DNA of 64,000 bases, taken from Candidatus Eiseniibacteriota bacterium (GTDB taxonomy: Bacteria; Eisenbacteria; RBG-16-71-46; JABDJR01). The translations under genes and the position numbers were made by a program. The notes under the pieces were generated by a model. It made no database searches and was not told the DNA's origin. It worked only from the letters and a program-made list of their open reading frames with translations. Shown piece by piece: positions 50,366-60,573 of the stretch (positions are counted from its first letter, which is position 1; each line of letters begins with the position of its first letter). The DNA lies in contig CAVXKA010000002.1 in NCBI GenBank assembly GCA_963762255.1, positions 416,001 through 480,000 on the forward strand. Reading direction: 5' to 3'.

Positions 50366-51282
50366 GACGACACCGACTCGATTTCGCCGGGATCACCGGC
50401 TGTGCCGCATTCCGCGTCGCGGTCGATGCCGCGCAGGATCCCTTTCAGAACTTTACCCGGCCCCACCTCGAGGAAGGGGCCGCCGGGGTCTTTCAGCAAC
50501 AACCGCATGCTCGCCTCCCATCGCACCGGGCTCAAGAGCTGCTTCGCCAGGGATTCGCGGATGGCTTCCGGCTCCCGGACCACCTCGGCGAGCGCGTTGG
50601 CCACGACCGGTATCGTCGCGGGGGCGATCGAGACCTCCGACAGAGCCCCGCGCAGACCGTCGTAGGCGTATTCCATGAGCGGAGAGTGAAACGCCCCGCT
50701 GACGTTGAGCGGGATCACGCGCTTGGCTCCCGACGCCCTGGCGCGCTCCATGGCCACCTCGACCCCCTTCGGTTCGCCGGAGATGACGACCTGCCCGGGG
50801 GAGTTGAGGTTCGCGGCGCACACGATCCCCTCCTCGACCTCCGCGCAAAGCGCTTCGACCTGCGCCCCTTCGAGCCCCAGGACCGCGGCCATGGTGCCCG
50901 GCCGGCGCACGCCTGCTTCGTACATGAGCTCTCCGCGCCGTCGCACCAACCGCACCGCGTCGGCGAACGCGAGCGATCCCGCCGCCACGTAGGCGGAATA
51001 CTCGCCCAGCGAGTGCCCGGCGGCCGCTGTGGGACGCACCCCGCGGGCTTCCAACTCGCGCTGCACCGCGACCGAGTGAGTGAGGATCGCGGGCTGGGTG
51101 TTGCGGGTCTTGGTCAGCTCTTCTTCCGGACCCGCGAAGGAGACCGCGGCGAGATCGAAACCCAGAGCCTCGTTGGCTTCCTCGTACACGCGACGGGCCA
51201 GGGGCGAGGCCTCGAAGAGGGATTTCCCCATGCCGACGAACTGCGAGCCCTGTCCCGGAAACAGATAGATCGCGGCCTTCAC
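50362..51282 (-). CDS. fabD: Malonyl-CoA:ACP transacylase
   Basis: FPGQGSQ, GHSLGEY and VSGAFHS. GTG 51282 overlaps the fabH stop. Confidence 0.96.
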   Translation of the reverse strand: MKAAIYLFPGQGSQFVGMGKSLFEASPLARRVYEEANEALGFDLAAVSFAGPEEELTKTRNTQPAILTHSVAVQRELEARGVRPTAAAGHSLGEYSAYVAAGSLAFADAVRLVRRRGELMYEAGVRRPGTMAAVLGLEGAQVEALCAEVEEGIVCAANLNSPGQVVISGEPKGVEVAMERARASGAKRVIPLNVSGAFHSPLMEYAYDGLRGALSEVSIAPATIPVVANALAEVVREPEAIRESLAKQLLSPVRWEASMRLLLKDPGGPFLEVGPGKVLKGILRGIDRDAECGTAGDPGEIESVSS

Positions 51283-52283
51283 GCCTTCGGCTCCCACCGG
51301 ATCACCGCCGCACCCCAAGTGAGCCCCCCACCGAAGGCCACCATGCCGAGGAGATTCCCCTCTTTCGCGCGCCCGGTGCGCACCGTTTCGTCGAGCGCGA
51401 TAGGGATGGAGGAGGCCGAGGTGTTGCCCAGCCGGTCGATGGTAACGATCACTCTCTCCGGCGGCAGCCCCAGCCGCTTGGTGGTGGCGTCCATGATCCT
51501 GATGTTGGCCTGGTGCGGGATGAAGAGATCGAGGTCCCCGACATCGCAGCCGGCATCCGATACCGCCCGGCGCGCGATGGCCTCCATCCCCCGGACCGCG
51601 ATCTTGAACACCTCGTTCCCTTCCATCTTCATGTAGTGCAACCGCTGATCCACGGTCTCGTGCGTAGCGGGGTGCTTCGAGCCACCGCCGGGCATGTAGA
51701 GGAGATTACCCTGGTCGCCGTCGGAGCCGATGGCCACGGAGATGATGCCCTTCCCGGGTTCCTCGGACCCCTCGATGCACACCGCCCCCGCGCCGTCGCC
51801 GAAGAGGACGCAGGTCGATCGATCCTCGTAATCGGTAATGCGGCTCAGCGTCTCGACCGCGACGAGGAGCACGCGCCGCGATTGCCCGGACAGGATCAGC
51901 GCCTTGGCGATGTTGAGCCCATAGATGAACCCGGTGCAGGCGGCGCTGATATCGAAAGCGGCCGCGTTCACCGCCCGAAGCTTGCCCTGCAGGACGCAGC
52001 CGCACGAGGGGAACAGGTAATCCGGGGTGACGGTGGCCACCATGATGGTGTCGAGATCCTCGGCAGTCCACCCCGCCGCCTGCAGCGCGGAGTTCGCCGC
52101 CTGGAACGCGAGATCGCTGGAGGCCATGTCCGGGTCCGCGATGTGTCGCTCGCGAATCCCCGTACGGGCGACGATCCACTCGTCCGAGGTATCGACCATG
52201 CGCTCCAAGTCCGCGTTGGTCAGAATGCGCGGAGGATTGTAGGAGCCCGTGCCCCGGATGACCGCGCTCTTAGGAAGTGGCAA
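51279..52283 (-). CDS. fabH: Beta-ketoacyl-ACP synthase III
   Basis: AACTGF, LFGDGAGA, PHQAN and GNTSASSIP. Confidence 0.96.
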   Translation of the reverse strand: MPLPKSAVIRGTGSYNPPRILTNADLERMVDTSDEWIVARTGIRERHIADPDMASSDLAFQAANSALQAAGWTAEDLDTIMVATVTPDYLFPSCGCVLQGKLRAVNAAAFDISAACTGFIYGLNIAKALILSGQSRRVLLVAVETLSRITDYEDRSTCVLFGDGAGAVCIEGSEEPGKGIISVAIGSDGDQGNLLYMPGGGSKHPATHETVDQRLHYMKMEGNEVFKIAVRGMEAIARRAVSDAGCDVGDLDLFIPHQANIRIMDATTKRLGLPPERVIVTIDRLGNTSASSIPIALDETVRTGRAKEGNLLGMVAFGGGLTWGAAVIRWEPKA

Positions 52284-53328
52284 CCTTGCCTCCGCTGACC
52301 CGCTCCAGTTCCGCGCGGATCACATCGTTGATGCCTTGCCGCACGAGATCGGCGGAGAGCCGGATCCCGTTCATCACCGCCTTGGCGTTGGAGCGGCCGT
52401 GTCCGATGAACACCACGCCGTTCACCCCGAGGAGCGGTGCGCCCCCCACCTCGGTGTAGTCCAGACGGCGCTTGAAGCGGCGCAACGAGGGCTTGAGAAG
52501 GTAGGCGCCCATCTTGGCCAGCAGATGCTCACCGATCTCGCGCCGCACGCCCTGAGCCGCCCAATCCACCACGCTCTCGGTGAACTTGAGGATCACGTTC
52601 CCGGTGAATCCGTCGGTGACCACCACATCGGCCACCCCATTCAAGATGTCACGTCCTTCCACATTTCCCACGAATCGCAGACCGCTCGCGGCCAGGAGCT
52701 GATGAGCCTCCTGAGCGAGCTCGGTCCCTTTGGTCGGCTCCTCGCCGATGTTGAGGAGACCCACCCGAGGCCTCTCGATCTTCAGCGTGAGGCGGGCGTA
52801 GACTTCACCCAGCACGGCGAATTGGAGCAGGTTGACCGGCTTGCAGTCGGCGGTGGCGCCCACGTCGAGGATGACGCTCCAGGGAACATCGCCGCGACTG
52901 GGGATCGGGGCGGCCAGTGCGGGGCGGTTCACCCCGGAAAGGCGCCCCAGATTGAGAAGGGCCGCGGCCACCATGGCCCCGGTGTTGCCGGCCGTGAACA
53001 CGCCCTCGGCGGTGCCGTCCCGCACCAGACGAGTGGCCACGGCCAGCGAAGAGTCGCGCTTCTTGCGGAACGAATCCGCACCGGCTTCGTCCATCGCCAC
53101 CCGCTGCTGCGCGTGGACGATGTCGAGCCCCGATTCCGTGGCGCCCAACCGCTTGAGCTCGGCCCGAATCTCGTCCCCGTCGCCGACGAGGATCGGCCGC
53201 ACGCCCTCTCCGAACTGGCGCACTGCGAGAACGGCGCCCTCCACGATGTTGGCGGGCGCGAAATCGCCGCCCATGGCATCGACGACGATGCGGGGGACGG
53301 CTACGGGGCGCTCAGCGGAAGGACACAT
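52270..53328 (-). CDS. plsX: Phosphate acyltransferase PlsX
   Basis: VDAMGGDFAP, AGNTGA, DGFTGNV and GHGRS. Confidence 0.96.
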   Translation of the reverse strand: MCPSAERPVAVPRIVVDAMGGDFAPANIVEGAVLAVRQFGEGVRPILVGDGDEIRAELKRLGATESGLDIVHAQQRVAMDEAGADSFRKKRDSSLAVATRLVRDGTAEGVFTAGNTGAMVAAALLNLGRLSGVNRPALAAPIPSRGDVPWSVILDVGATADCKPVNLLQFAVLGEVYARLTLKIERPRVGLLNIGEEPTKGTELAQEAHQLLAASGLRFVGNVEGRDILNGVADVVVTDGFTGNVILKFTESVVDWAAQGVRREIGEHLLAKMGAYLLKPSLRRFKRRLDYTEVGGAPLLGVNGVVFIGHGRSNAKAVMNGIRLSADLVRQGINDVIRAELERVSGGKVATS

Positions 53329-53353
53329 CTGGCCTGAAATCGGCGACTTGGGC

Positions 53354-53536
53354 CTATGCGGTTTCCGGCGTCGTGACTTCTCGCCCCGCGTAATAGCCGC
53401 AGCTGGGGCAAACGCGGTGAGGCCGTTTGGCCTGGCCGCAGTGGGAGCACGAACTCAACGTCACCTTGGTCAGCTTCCAGTGCGTACGCCGCTTGGCCGT
53501 CCGTGTATGGGAATGCCGGCGCTTGGGAAGAGCCAC
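53354..53536 (-). CDS. rpmF: 50S ribosomal protein L32 (zinc-ribbon form)
   Basis: MALPKRRHS...CSHC...HRVCPSCGYY. Confidence 0.96.
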   Translation of the reverse strand: MALPKRRHSHTRTAKRRTHWKLTKVTLSSCSHCGQAKRPHRVCPSCGYYAGREVTTPETA

Positions 53537-53625
53537 TTCAGAACCTCCTGTGAATCAGAACGGATGATGGATCGAAACCCGAGCGTGCCGGTACTCCGGC
53601 CTCGCGGACAACGTCCGCGGGCCGG

Positions 53626-54144
53626 CTACGATGGTTTGCTCTTCAGACCCTTCAGAGCCCCCCAGCGGGAGTCCCCGCGGGTGGGCGTACACGAACATGG
53701 CCCGACGTTCAGATCCTGGCCGCATACCGGACACAGTCCCTGACACTCGGGTCGGCACACATGAACCACGGGCACCTCAAGGATGATCGCCTCTCGAAGC
53801 GCTGCCGTCAGGTCCAATTCAAGCCCGTCATGATAAAGGACAGACCCCTCCTCTTCCAGCGCCGCTTCATCCAGCAGGTCGTCACTCCCCCGGCAGTCCG
53901 CCAGCACGAGGATCTCGGGCTCCAGGACGACGACGAACTGGGCCAGGCAGCGGGCGCACTCGGCGTCCCCCTCCACCCGGACATCGCCGCGAAAGGTGAT
54001 CTGCTCTCCCCGGCGATCGGCGTCCAGTTCCACGTGGACCGGTCCCCGGGCAGTCAGCCATTCACCCAGGTTGAACCGCTCCGCGGGCACATCCCGCACG
54101 ATGTCCGAGTGCCCCTGCGGGAGGCCGGTCAGGAGGATCTTCAC
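53626..54144 (-). CDS. yceD: DUF177/YceD family protein
   Basis: ECARCL and CRPECQGLCPVCG...DSRWGALK, upstream of rpmF. Confidence 0.9.
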   Translation of the reverse strand: MKILLTGLPQGHSDIVRDVPAERFNLGEWLTARGPVHVELDADRRGEQITFRGDVRVEGDAECARCLAQFVVVLEPEILVLADCRGSDDLLDEAALEEEGSVLYHDGLELDLTAALREAIILEVPVVHVCRPECQGLCPVCGQDLNVGPCSCTPTRGDSRWGALKGLKSKPS

Positions 54145-54176
54145 GGTCGTACTCTCCAGGTGGCGCCGGGGCCGCC

Positions 54177-54587
54177 CTAGAGACTCTCCTCGGGAAAGAA
54201 GAATGGAATCTCGGTGCGGGCCGACTCCGGAGAGTCGGACCCGTGGACGGAGTTGGCCTGAATGTCGACCGCGAACTCCGCCCGGATCGTGCCGGGGGCG
54301 GCGTTCTTCGGATTGGTGGCCCCCATCAGCTCACGCAGCCGGGGAATCGCGTTGTCCGCCTCGAGGAGCACGGGTACGCACGGACCGGAGGCCATGTAGG
54401 CGACCAGGTCGTCCAGAAACCCCTTCCCCTCATGCACCGCATAGAACCGGCGCGCGCGATCGGGCGTGAGCCTGACCATTTCGAGGCGGCGAATCTTGAA
54501 CCCCGCCGCCTCCACCTTGGCGAGTATCCGGCCCACGAGGTCACGGGCTACCGCGTCGGGCTTCACGATGAGCAACGTCCTGTTCAA
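54177..54587 (-). CDS. ndk: Nucleoside diphosphate kinase
   Basis: RTLLIVKPDAV, GATNP, PGTIR and NSVHGSDS. Confidence 0.97.
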   Translation of the reverse strand: MNRTLLIVKPDAVARDLVGRILAKVEAAGFKIRRLEMVRLTPDRARRFYAVHEGKGFLDDLVAYMASGPCVPVLLEADNAIPRLRELMGATNPKNAAPGTIRAEFAVDIQANSVHGSDSPESARTEIPFFFPEESL

Positions 54588-54737
54588 ACGACTCCTCCAC
54601 GATGCGCGACTTCGGGCTCGCGTCTCTCGGTTCTCTGTGAACGGGGCCGCCGGCGCCGCCGACGGTGGTTGGCTCGAGCCTTGCTGACGCCGGCGTCCGG
54701 GGCGGACCCCGCACCGACGGCCCCGATCCTTTCGGCG

Positions 54738-55613
54738 CTAGGACCGCCCGAGCGCTCGGGCAACCAGCACCGGAATCTCCGACGGAATCTTGGCCACCGG
54801 CACGCCGGCCTCGCCCAGGGCAGCGACCTTCTCCTGCGCGGTTCCCCCGCCTCCGGAGATGATTGCGCCTGCGTGACCCATGCGTTTGCCGGGCGGCGCA
54901 GTCTGACCGGCGATGAAGCCCACGACGGGCTTCGTCATCGAGCTCTTGATGAAGAGCGCCGCGTCCTGCTCGTCGGTCCCTCCGATTTCACCGATCAACA
55001 CCACGGCCTTCGTTTCAGGATCGGCCTGGAAAAGCCTGAGGCAATCCAGGAAGTTGGTCCCGATGATGGGATCGCCGCCGATCCCGATGCACGTGCTCTG
55101 ACCGATATCCGCCCGGGTCAGGTGATCGACCACCTGATAGGTAAGGGTCCCGCTTCTGGACACAACCCCCACCGGCCCCGGTTTGTGAATGCTCCCGGGC
55201 AGGATACCAACCTTGGACTTGCCGGGCGAGATGAGGCCCGGGCAGTTGGGGCCGATGAGGCGCGACCCCGAGCGCTCCACGTGCGCGTAGAGCTCCACCA
55301 TGTCGTTCACGGGCACGCCCTCGGTGATGCACACCACCAGCTTCACGCCGGCGTTCACGGCCTCGTACACCGCGTCCACCGAATACCCGGCGGGCACGTA
55401 GATGACGGAGGTGTCGCCGCCGGTGGCGGCCCTGGCCTCAGCCACGGAGTCGAAGACGGGCACGCCGTCCAGCGTCTCTCCCCCCTTGCCCGGGGTCACT
55501 CCCGCCACCACCTTGGTTCCGTACTCGATCATGCTCCGGGTGTGGAACGCGCCGTCGCGACCGGTGATCCCCTGGACGATGACCTTCGTTTTCTGATCGA
55601 TGAGGATGCTCAT
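54738..55613 (-). CDS. sucD: Succinyl-CoA ligase alpha subunit
   Basis: [25 protein letters not shown] and RMGHAGAI. Confidence 0.97.
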   Translation of the reverse strand: MSILIDQKTKVIVQGITGRDGAFHTRSMIEYGTKVVAGVTPGKGGETLDGVPVFDSVAEARAATGGDTSVIYVPAGYSVDAVYEAVNAGVKLVVCITEGVPVNDMVELYAHVERSGSRLIGPNCPGLISPGKSKVGILPGSIHKPGPVGVVSRSGTLTYQVVDHLTRADIGQSTCIGIGGDPIIGTNFLDCLRLFQADPETKAVVLIGEIGGTDEQDAALFIKSSMTKPVVGFIAGQTAPPGKRMGHAGAIISGGGGTAQEKVAALGEAGVPVAKIPSEIPVLVARALGRS

Positions 55614-55622
55614 GATTCCCCC

Positions 55623-56765
55623 CTACCCGCGCGCCGCGCCGGCCGCACGCGCGAGCGCCGTCTTCACCGCCTCGTCCATGGTCGCTGCCGGCTCCAGGCT
55701 CTTCGCCCGGGCCAGGATCTCTCGCGCGAGTTCCTCGTTGGTGCCGGTGAGGCGGACCACCACCGGGACCTTGACCGTGAGGTTGTCGAGCGCGGCGACG
55801 ATTCCCTTGGCCACGTCGTCGCAGCGGGTGATGCCGCCGAAGATATTGAACAGAATCGCCTTCACGTTGGGATCCTCGAGGATGATCCGCATGGCGGTGG
55901 TCACCTTCTCCGGATTCGAACTCCCTCCGATGTCGAGGAAGTTGGCCGGCTCCCCGCCGTAGTGCTTGATGAGGTCCATGGTGGCCATGGCCAGACCGGC
56001 CCCGTTCACCACGCAGCCGATGTTCCCCTCCAGCGGCACGTAGGAAAGCCCCATCTCGCGGGCCGCCTTGGCGTGCTCGCTCTCCCCGTCGCGATAGGCC
56101 TCGATGCGCGGCTGGCGATCCAGCGCGTTGTCATCCACCGACATCTTCGCGTCGAGCGCGATGATCTTTCCGTCCGGGGTCGCGATGAGCGGGTTGATCT
56201 CGACCAGCGTGGCATCGGTGGCCCAAAACGTCTCGACGAGTCGCTCCAGGATGCGCGCGATCTGCAACGCGAGCTTCTTGCGCGGCTCGATGCGGAAGGC
56301 CACGTCCCGGGCCTCGTAGGACCGGAACGAACCGGGGCGATCCAGGTGGTAGCGATGGATCTTTTCCGGCGTCTCGCGGGCCACTTCCTCGATGTCGATG
56401 CCCCCCGCGGCGCTGGCGATGATCGTCGGCTTCTTCGCCGCACGGTCCATGGTCACGCCGAGGTAGTACTCCTTGGCGATTTCCGCCGCCGGCACCACCA
56501 GCACCTTGCGCACGGGAATCCCCTTGATGGTCAGAGCGAGGATGGCCTTGGCCTTCTCCCTCGCCTCCTCGGGGTTCGCCGCAAGCTTCACGCCTCCCGC
56601 CTTGCCCCGTCCCCCCGCATGGACCTGGGCCTTCACCACCACCGTTCCGCCCAGTTCCCGCGCGATGGCAGCGGCCTCGTCGGGCGTGCGCGCTACCTTG
56701 CCGGGCACGATCGGAATGCCGTAGCCGGCGAACACTTCCTTCGCCTGGTACTCGTGTATGTTCAC
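55623..56765 (-). CDS. sucC: Succinyl-CoA ligase beta subunit
   Basis: NIHEYQAK, GGRGKAGGV, NGAGLAMATMD and NIFGGITRCD. GTG 56765 overlaps the upstream stop. Confidence 0.97.
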   Translation of the reverse strand: MNIHEYQAKEVFAGYGIPIVPGKVARTPDEAAAIARELGGTVVVKAQVHAGGRGKAGGVKLAANPEEAREKAKAILALTIKGIPVRKVLVVPAAEIAKEYYLGVTMDRAAKKPTIIASAAGGIDIEEVARETPEKIHRYHLDRPGSFRSYEARDVAFRIEPRKKLALQIARILERLVETFWATDATLVEINPLIATPDGKIIALDAKMSVDDNALDRQPRIEAYRDGESEHAKAAREMGLSYVPLEGNIGCVVNGAGLAMATMDLIKHYGGEPANFLDIGGSSNPEKVTTAMRIILEDPNVKAILFNIFGGITRCDDVAKGIVAALDNLTVKVPVVVRLTGTNEELAREILARAKSLEPAATMDEAVKTALARAAGAARG

Positions 56766-58129
56766 TTCTTCATCCCCCCCTCGGCGGCGCCGGCCAAGCC
56801 GTGCTTCGCCAGGAACTCGTCCAGAATGTCGCAGAGCTTGGGACTGCCGATTTCTTCCAGCTCGTAGCTCGCCCGCAGCGCGGGCTTGTCGAGCTTCAGC
56901 AGAGTCCCCAGGTCGATCGGCGTGGCCACCAGCACGATGTCGCAGTCCACCGCGTTGATGGTCCGTTCGAGATCCTTCATCTGCGCTTCCCCGTACCCCA
57001 TGGCCGGGAGCAGGGTCCCGATGCCTGGATAGCGGGCAAAGGTCTCCGCGATCTCCCCGGTCACCCATGGCCGGGGATCCACGGTCTCCGCCGCCCCGTA
57101 CTGGCGCGCCGCAATCATCCCCGCGCCGTAGGTCATCTCGCCGTGGGTGAGGGTGGGGCCGTCCTCGACCACCAGGACCCGCTTGCCGCGCAGACGCTCT
57201 CCGTCCGTCACGGTGATGGGTGATGCGGCGGGGATCACCACCGCATGCGGGTTGAGCCGCATCACCGCTTCCCGCACCGCGAGAACGTTGCGGTCATCGG
57301 TGGTGCCCACCTTGTTGATCACGACCACGTCGGCGAGCCGCACGTTTGTCTCGCCGGGGTAGTAGCGCGTTTCATGTCCGGCCCGATGGGGGTCGGCCAC
57401 CACGACGGTCAAATCGGGGCGATAGAACGAAAAATCGTTGTTGCCGCCATCCCAGAGGATCACTTGCGCTTCCTTCTGCGCCTCCTCGAGGATCCGGCCG
57501 TAGTCGACACCCGCATAGACCACCGTCCCGGCGACGATGTGCGGCTCGTACTCCTCCCGCTCCTCGATCGTGCACTCGTGCCGGTCCAGGTCGGCGAGGT
57601 TCGCGAAGCGCTGCACCGCCTGCTTCTCGAGGTCCCCGTAGGGCATGGGATGGCGGATCGCCACCGTGCGCAGGCCGCGCTCCCGCAGGAGATGCGCGAT
57701 CTTGCGGGTCGTCTGGCTCTTCCCAGATCCGGTGCGCACCGCGGTCACCGCGATCACCGGGACCTTCGCCGGGATCATGGTCGCCGCCGTGCCGAGAAGC
57801 GTGAAATCGCAGCCCAGCGCGTTCACCCGCGCCCCCATATGTCCCAGGTAGTCGTAGTTCACGTCGCTGTACGCGAAGATGACTTCGCAGGGACCGTGCT
57901 TGGCCACCAGCTCCTCGAGACGATTCTCGGAGACGATGGGAATGCCCTTCGGATAGAGGGCCCCGGCGAGGCTCGCCGGGTACGTCCGGCTATCGATATG
58001 CGGGATCTGCGTCGCCGTAAAGGCAACCACCTCCAGATCCCGCCGATCTCTCAAAGCCGTATTGAAATTGTGAAAATCCCGGCCGCCCGCGCCCAGGATG
58101 ATGACCTTGCGTCGTTGTCCTTCGCTCAC
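56762..58129 (-). CDS. Cyclic 2,3-diphosphoglycerate synthase-like P-loop protein (ArcE arginine-synthetase-like)
   Basis: IILGAGGRDFHNFN, AFTATQIP, P-loop AVRTGSGKSQ, RHPMPYG, WDGGNND, VEDGPTLTHG and LPAMGY. Confidence 0.8.
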   Translation of the reverse strand: MSEGQRRKVIILGAGGRDFHNFNTALRDRRDLEVVAFTATQIPHIDSRTYPASLAGALYPKGIPIVSENRLEELVAKHGPCEVIFAYSDVNYDYLGHMGARVNALGCDFTLLGTAATMIPAKVPVIAVTAVRTGSGKSQTTRKIAHLLRERGLRTVAIRHPMPYGDLEKQAVQRFANLADLDRHECTIEEREEYEPHIVAGTVVYAGVDYGRILEEAQKEAQVILWDGGNNDFSFYRPDLTVVVADPHRAGHETRYYPGETNVRLADVVVINKVGTTDDRNVLAVREAVMRLNPHAVVIPAASPITVTDGERLRGKRVLVVEDGPTLTHGEMTYGAGMIAARQYGAAETVDPRPWVTGEIAETFARYPGIGTLLPAMGYGEAQMKDLERTINAVDCDIVLVATPIDLGTLLKLDKPALRASYELEEIGSPKLCDILDEFLAKHGLAGAAEGGMKK

Positions 58130-58195
58130 CACTCCGCACCTCCCCCGCCCGCGGAGACCCACGACAGGTGGGCCCTGACCGGTTGGGCGGTCGTC

Positions 58196-58225
58196 AAAAA
58201 AAGACAGACCGGCCGCCGGCCAGTC
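58196..58225 (-). terminator. Rho-independent terminator
   Basis: Minus strand GACTGGCC-GGC-GGCCGGTC followed by TGTCTTTTTTT. Confidence 0.6.
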
Positions 58226-58235
58226 CGAGCGCGTA

Positions 58236-58265
58236 ACCCTAGCAGCACCAAGCGAATACTGTCAA
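58236..58265 (-). promoter_or_regulatory. Putative sigma70 promoter upstream of the arcE-like/sucCD operon
   Basis: TTGACA (58265-58260), 18-nt spacer, TAGGGT (58241-58236) with TG extension. Confidence 0.5.
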
Positions 58266-58295
58266 CAACGGGCGGAGGGGGGACGGACCCGTAAG

Positions 58296-58766
58296 CTACT
58301 CTCGGCGTAGTTGTTGGCGCAGCGCAGTCGAGGACCGCCCGGGGGTCAGGGAGACGAGTTCCACACGCCCCCCCGCCCGGATGACCGCCTCCGCCCCCAC
58401 CACCTGGTCCGGCCTGTAATCGGCCCCCTTGACCAGCACGTCGGGCGTGAGGCGCTCGATCAGCTCCAGGGGGGTGTCCTGCGGGAAGCTCACCACACAG
58501 TCGACCGCGGCCAGCGCAGCCAGCACCGCCGCGCGATCCTCCTCCGGTACCCATGGCCGCTCGGGCCCCTTCAGGCGCCGCACCGAGGCATCATCGTTGA
58601 GCCCCACGATTAGAAGATCGCCAAAGGCCCTGGCCGAGGCGAGCAAGTCGACGTGGCCGCGGTGCAGGAGATCGAAGCACCCGTTGGTGAAGACCACGAC
58701 GCGGCCAGTGCGGCGCGCCTCTTCCCGGATCCTGAGCGCCTCGTCCCAATCCACGATGCGACCCAT
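58296..58766 (-). CDS. rfaE2: D-glycero-beta-D-manno-heptose 1-phosphate adenylyltransferase
   Basis: VFTNGCFDLLHRGH, GLNDDASVRRLKG and PDVLVKGADY. Confidence 0.95.
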   Translation of the reverse strand: MGRIVDWDEALRIREEARRTGRVVVFTNGCFDLLHRGHVDLLASARAFGDLLIVGLNDDASVRRLKGPERPWVPEEDRAAVLAALAAVDCVVSFPQDTPLELIERLTPDVLVKGADYRPDQVVGAEAVIRAGGRVELVSLTPGRSSTALRQQLRRE

Positions 58767-59773
58767 CAGACGGCACTCGCGCCGAACGAAGCGCGCAACG
58801 CTTCGAGGTCGGGGACGGCGGTGCCGACCTCGGCGACCACCAGGCCGGCCGCGTGGTTGGCGATGAGGGCGGCCTCGCGAGGCTCCGCGCCTCCGGCCAG
58901 CGCCACCGCGTACGCGCTCACCACCGTGTCGCCGGCGCCGGTCACGTCGAAGACCTGGCGCGCCGTCGTCGGGAAGTCCGTGCGGCCCCGGCCTCTCTCG
59001 AAGAGGCTCATGCCTCGCTCGCCCCGGGTAATGAGCACGCAGTCCGCCTCGAGCCGCGCGAGCAAATCCTCCCCGGCGCGGGAAACCGCGGCGTCGTCCC
59101 GCAGCTTGTAACCCAGCACCTCCGCCGCCTCGAGCTGGTTGGGGGTCACCACCGCCACGCCCTTGAAGGAGAGGAAGTGTGCGTCCTTGGGATCCACGCA
59201 GACGGGCACGTTGCGCGCGCGCGCCGCCGGGAGCAGGCGATCCAGGAGCGCGCGGCTGAGAACCCCCTTGCCGTAGTCCGAGACGATCACCGCGGCAGCG
59301 CCCTCCAGCGCCCCGAGCACTCGCTCCGCAACGCGGTCGGCGACCGGCGGGCCCAGCTCCATCCGGCTCTCCCGATCGGCGCGCACGACCTGCTGGTTTC
59401 GAGCCACGATGCGGGTCTTGACCGTGGTCGGCCGCGACGGATCGGCGAAGACCCCCTCGTCCGAGAGCCCGGCAGCGCACAGCTCATCGCGCAGAGTGCG
59501 ACCGTGGGCGTCGTTTCCGGTTACCCCGACCAAGTGCGGGCGCGCACCCAAGGCCCCCACGTTGCGGCAGACATTGGCCGCCCCGCCGAGGCGAACGGTC
59601 TCGCCCTCTACATCCACGACGGGCACCGGGGCTTCCGGAGAGATGCGGGTGACGTTGCCCCAAAGGTAGCGATCCAACATCACGTCGCCGAGGACGAGGA
59701 CCTCGCATCCTTGCCAGGCCGCGATCAAGCGGTCGAGACGGGCCGGATCGAGTCGGGTCCACATGTCGGTCAT
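58766..59773 (-). CDS. rfaE1: D-glycero-beta-D-manno-heptose-7-phosphate kinase
   Basis: GDVMLDRY, RISPEAPVPVV, SDYGKG and DVTGAGDTV. Confidence 0.95.
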   Translation of the reverse strand: MTDMWTRLDPARLDRLIAAWQGCEVLVLGDVMLDRYLWGNVTRISPEAPVPVVDVEGETVRLGGAANVCRNVGALGARPHLVGVTGNDAHGRTLRDELCAAGLSDEGVFADPSRPTTVKTRIVARNQQVVRADRESRMELGPPVADRVAERVLGALEGAAAVIVSDYGKGVLSRALLDRLLPAARARNVPVCVDPKDAHFLSFKGVAVVTPNQLEAAEVLGYKLRDDAAVSRAGEDLLARLEADCVLITRGERGMSLFERGRGRTDFPTTARQVFDVTGAGDTVVSAYAVALAGGAEPREAALIANHAAGLVVAEVGTAVPDLEALRASFGASAV

Positions 59774-59877
59774 GGCGGAGTCCTCCCCTCGAAGGCGCGC
59801 GCGCGCCGAGAGCCGTGGAAGTCTAGCAGCTTCCCGCGACGCGCCGCAGCCGGCCGCGGCCCGGGTCGGACGACCGC

Positions 59878-60573
59878 TCATAGTCGCCCATCCTCCTTGA
59901 GGCTCGTGTAACCCGGACCCGCCACGATAACGTGATCGAGCAGCGTGATCCCCAGGATCTCGCCGGCCTCGGCCAATCGTCGCGTGATGCACAGATCGTC
60001 CTCGGAGGGGTCCGTCTCCCCCGAAGGATGGTTGTGGACGACGACGACGCTCGCCGCACCCAGGCGCAATGCGGGTTCGAAGACCTCGCGCGGATGGACG
60101 ATGGATGCGTTGAGGCTCCCCACCGAGATCGTCTCGCGGGCGAGGAGACGGTTACGCGTATTGAGGTAGAGTCCCAGGAAGTGCTCGCGGCGCTGCGTCC
60201 TCAGATCGGCCGTGGCTTCGTAGACTTCCCGCGGCGTGCGCAGGATGGGACGAAGCGCGTCCTTGCCCCCGCCCAGGCGCCGCGCCAGTTCGAGTGCGGC
60301 GGCGAGGCGGGCGGCCTGCCCGGGCGTCACAACGTCCCAGGATGACGCCCCCTGTGCGCCGGGAAGGAGACCGGACCAGCCGACCTCCTCGAGCAGGCGG
60401 CGGGCCGCGTCGCGGGCGGGCCGCCCCGGAGACGGACCTAGAACGACGCTCAGCAGGTCAAGATCGGAGAGCGTCCGAGCACCATCGGCGCGCAGGGACT
60501 GCATCCAACCCGCGGCGCCTCCCTGCAAAGGGCGCCGCTCCCTGACGGCAAGGGCATAGTCGACACCGGACAT
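59878..60573 (-). CDS. radC: RadC/JAB-domain protein
   Basis: VHPREVF, HNHPSG...SEDD and LLDHVIV. Confidence 0.92.
   Translation of the reverse strand: MSGVDYALAVRERRPLQGGAAGWMQSLRADGARTLSDLDLLSVVLGPSPGRPARDAARRLLEEVGWSGLLPGAQGASSWDVVTPGQAARLAAALELARRLGGGKDALRPILRTPREVYEATADLRTQRREHFLGLYLNTRNRLLARETISVGSLNASIVHPREVFEPALRLGAASVVVVHNHPSGETDPSEDDLCITRRLAEAGEILGITLLDHVIVAGPGYTSLKEDGRL

Noticed and set aside
59878-60573. radC as a marker of a mobile element
   Set aside because: It is the full-length chromosomal form among housekeeping genes, with no integrase, transposase or att-like repeats nearby.
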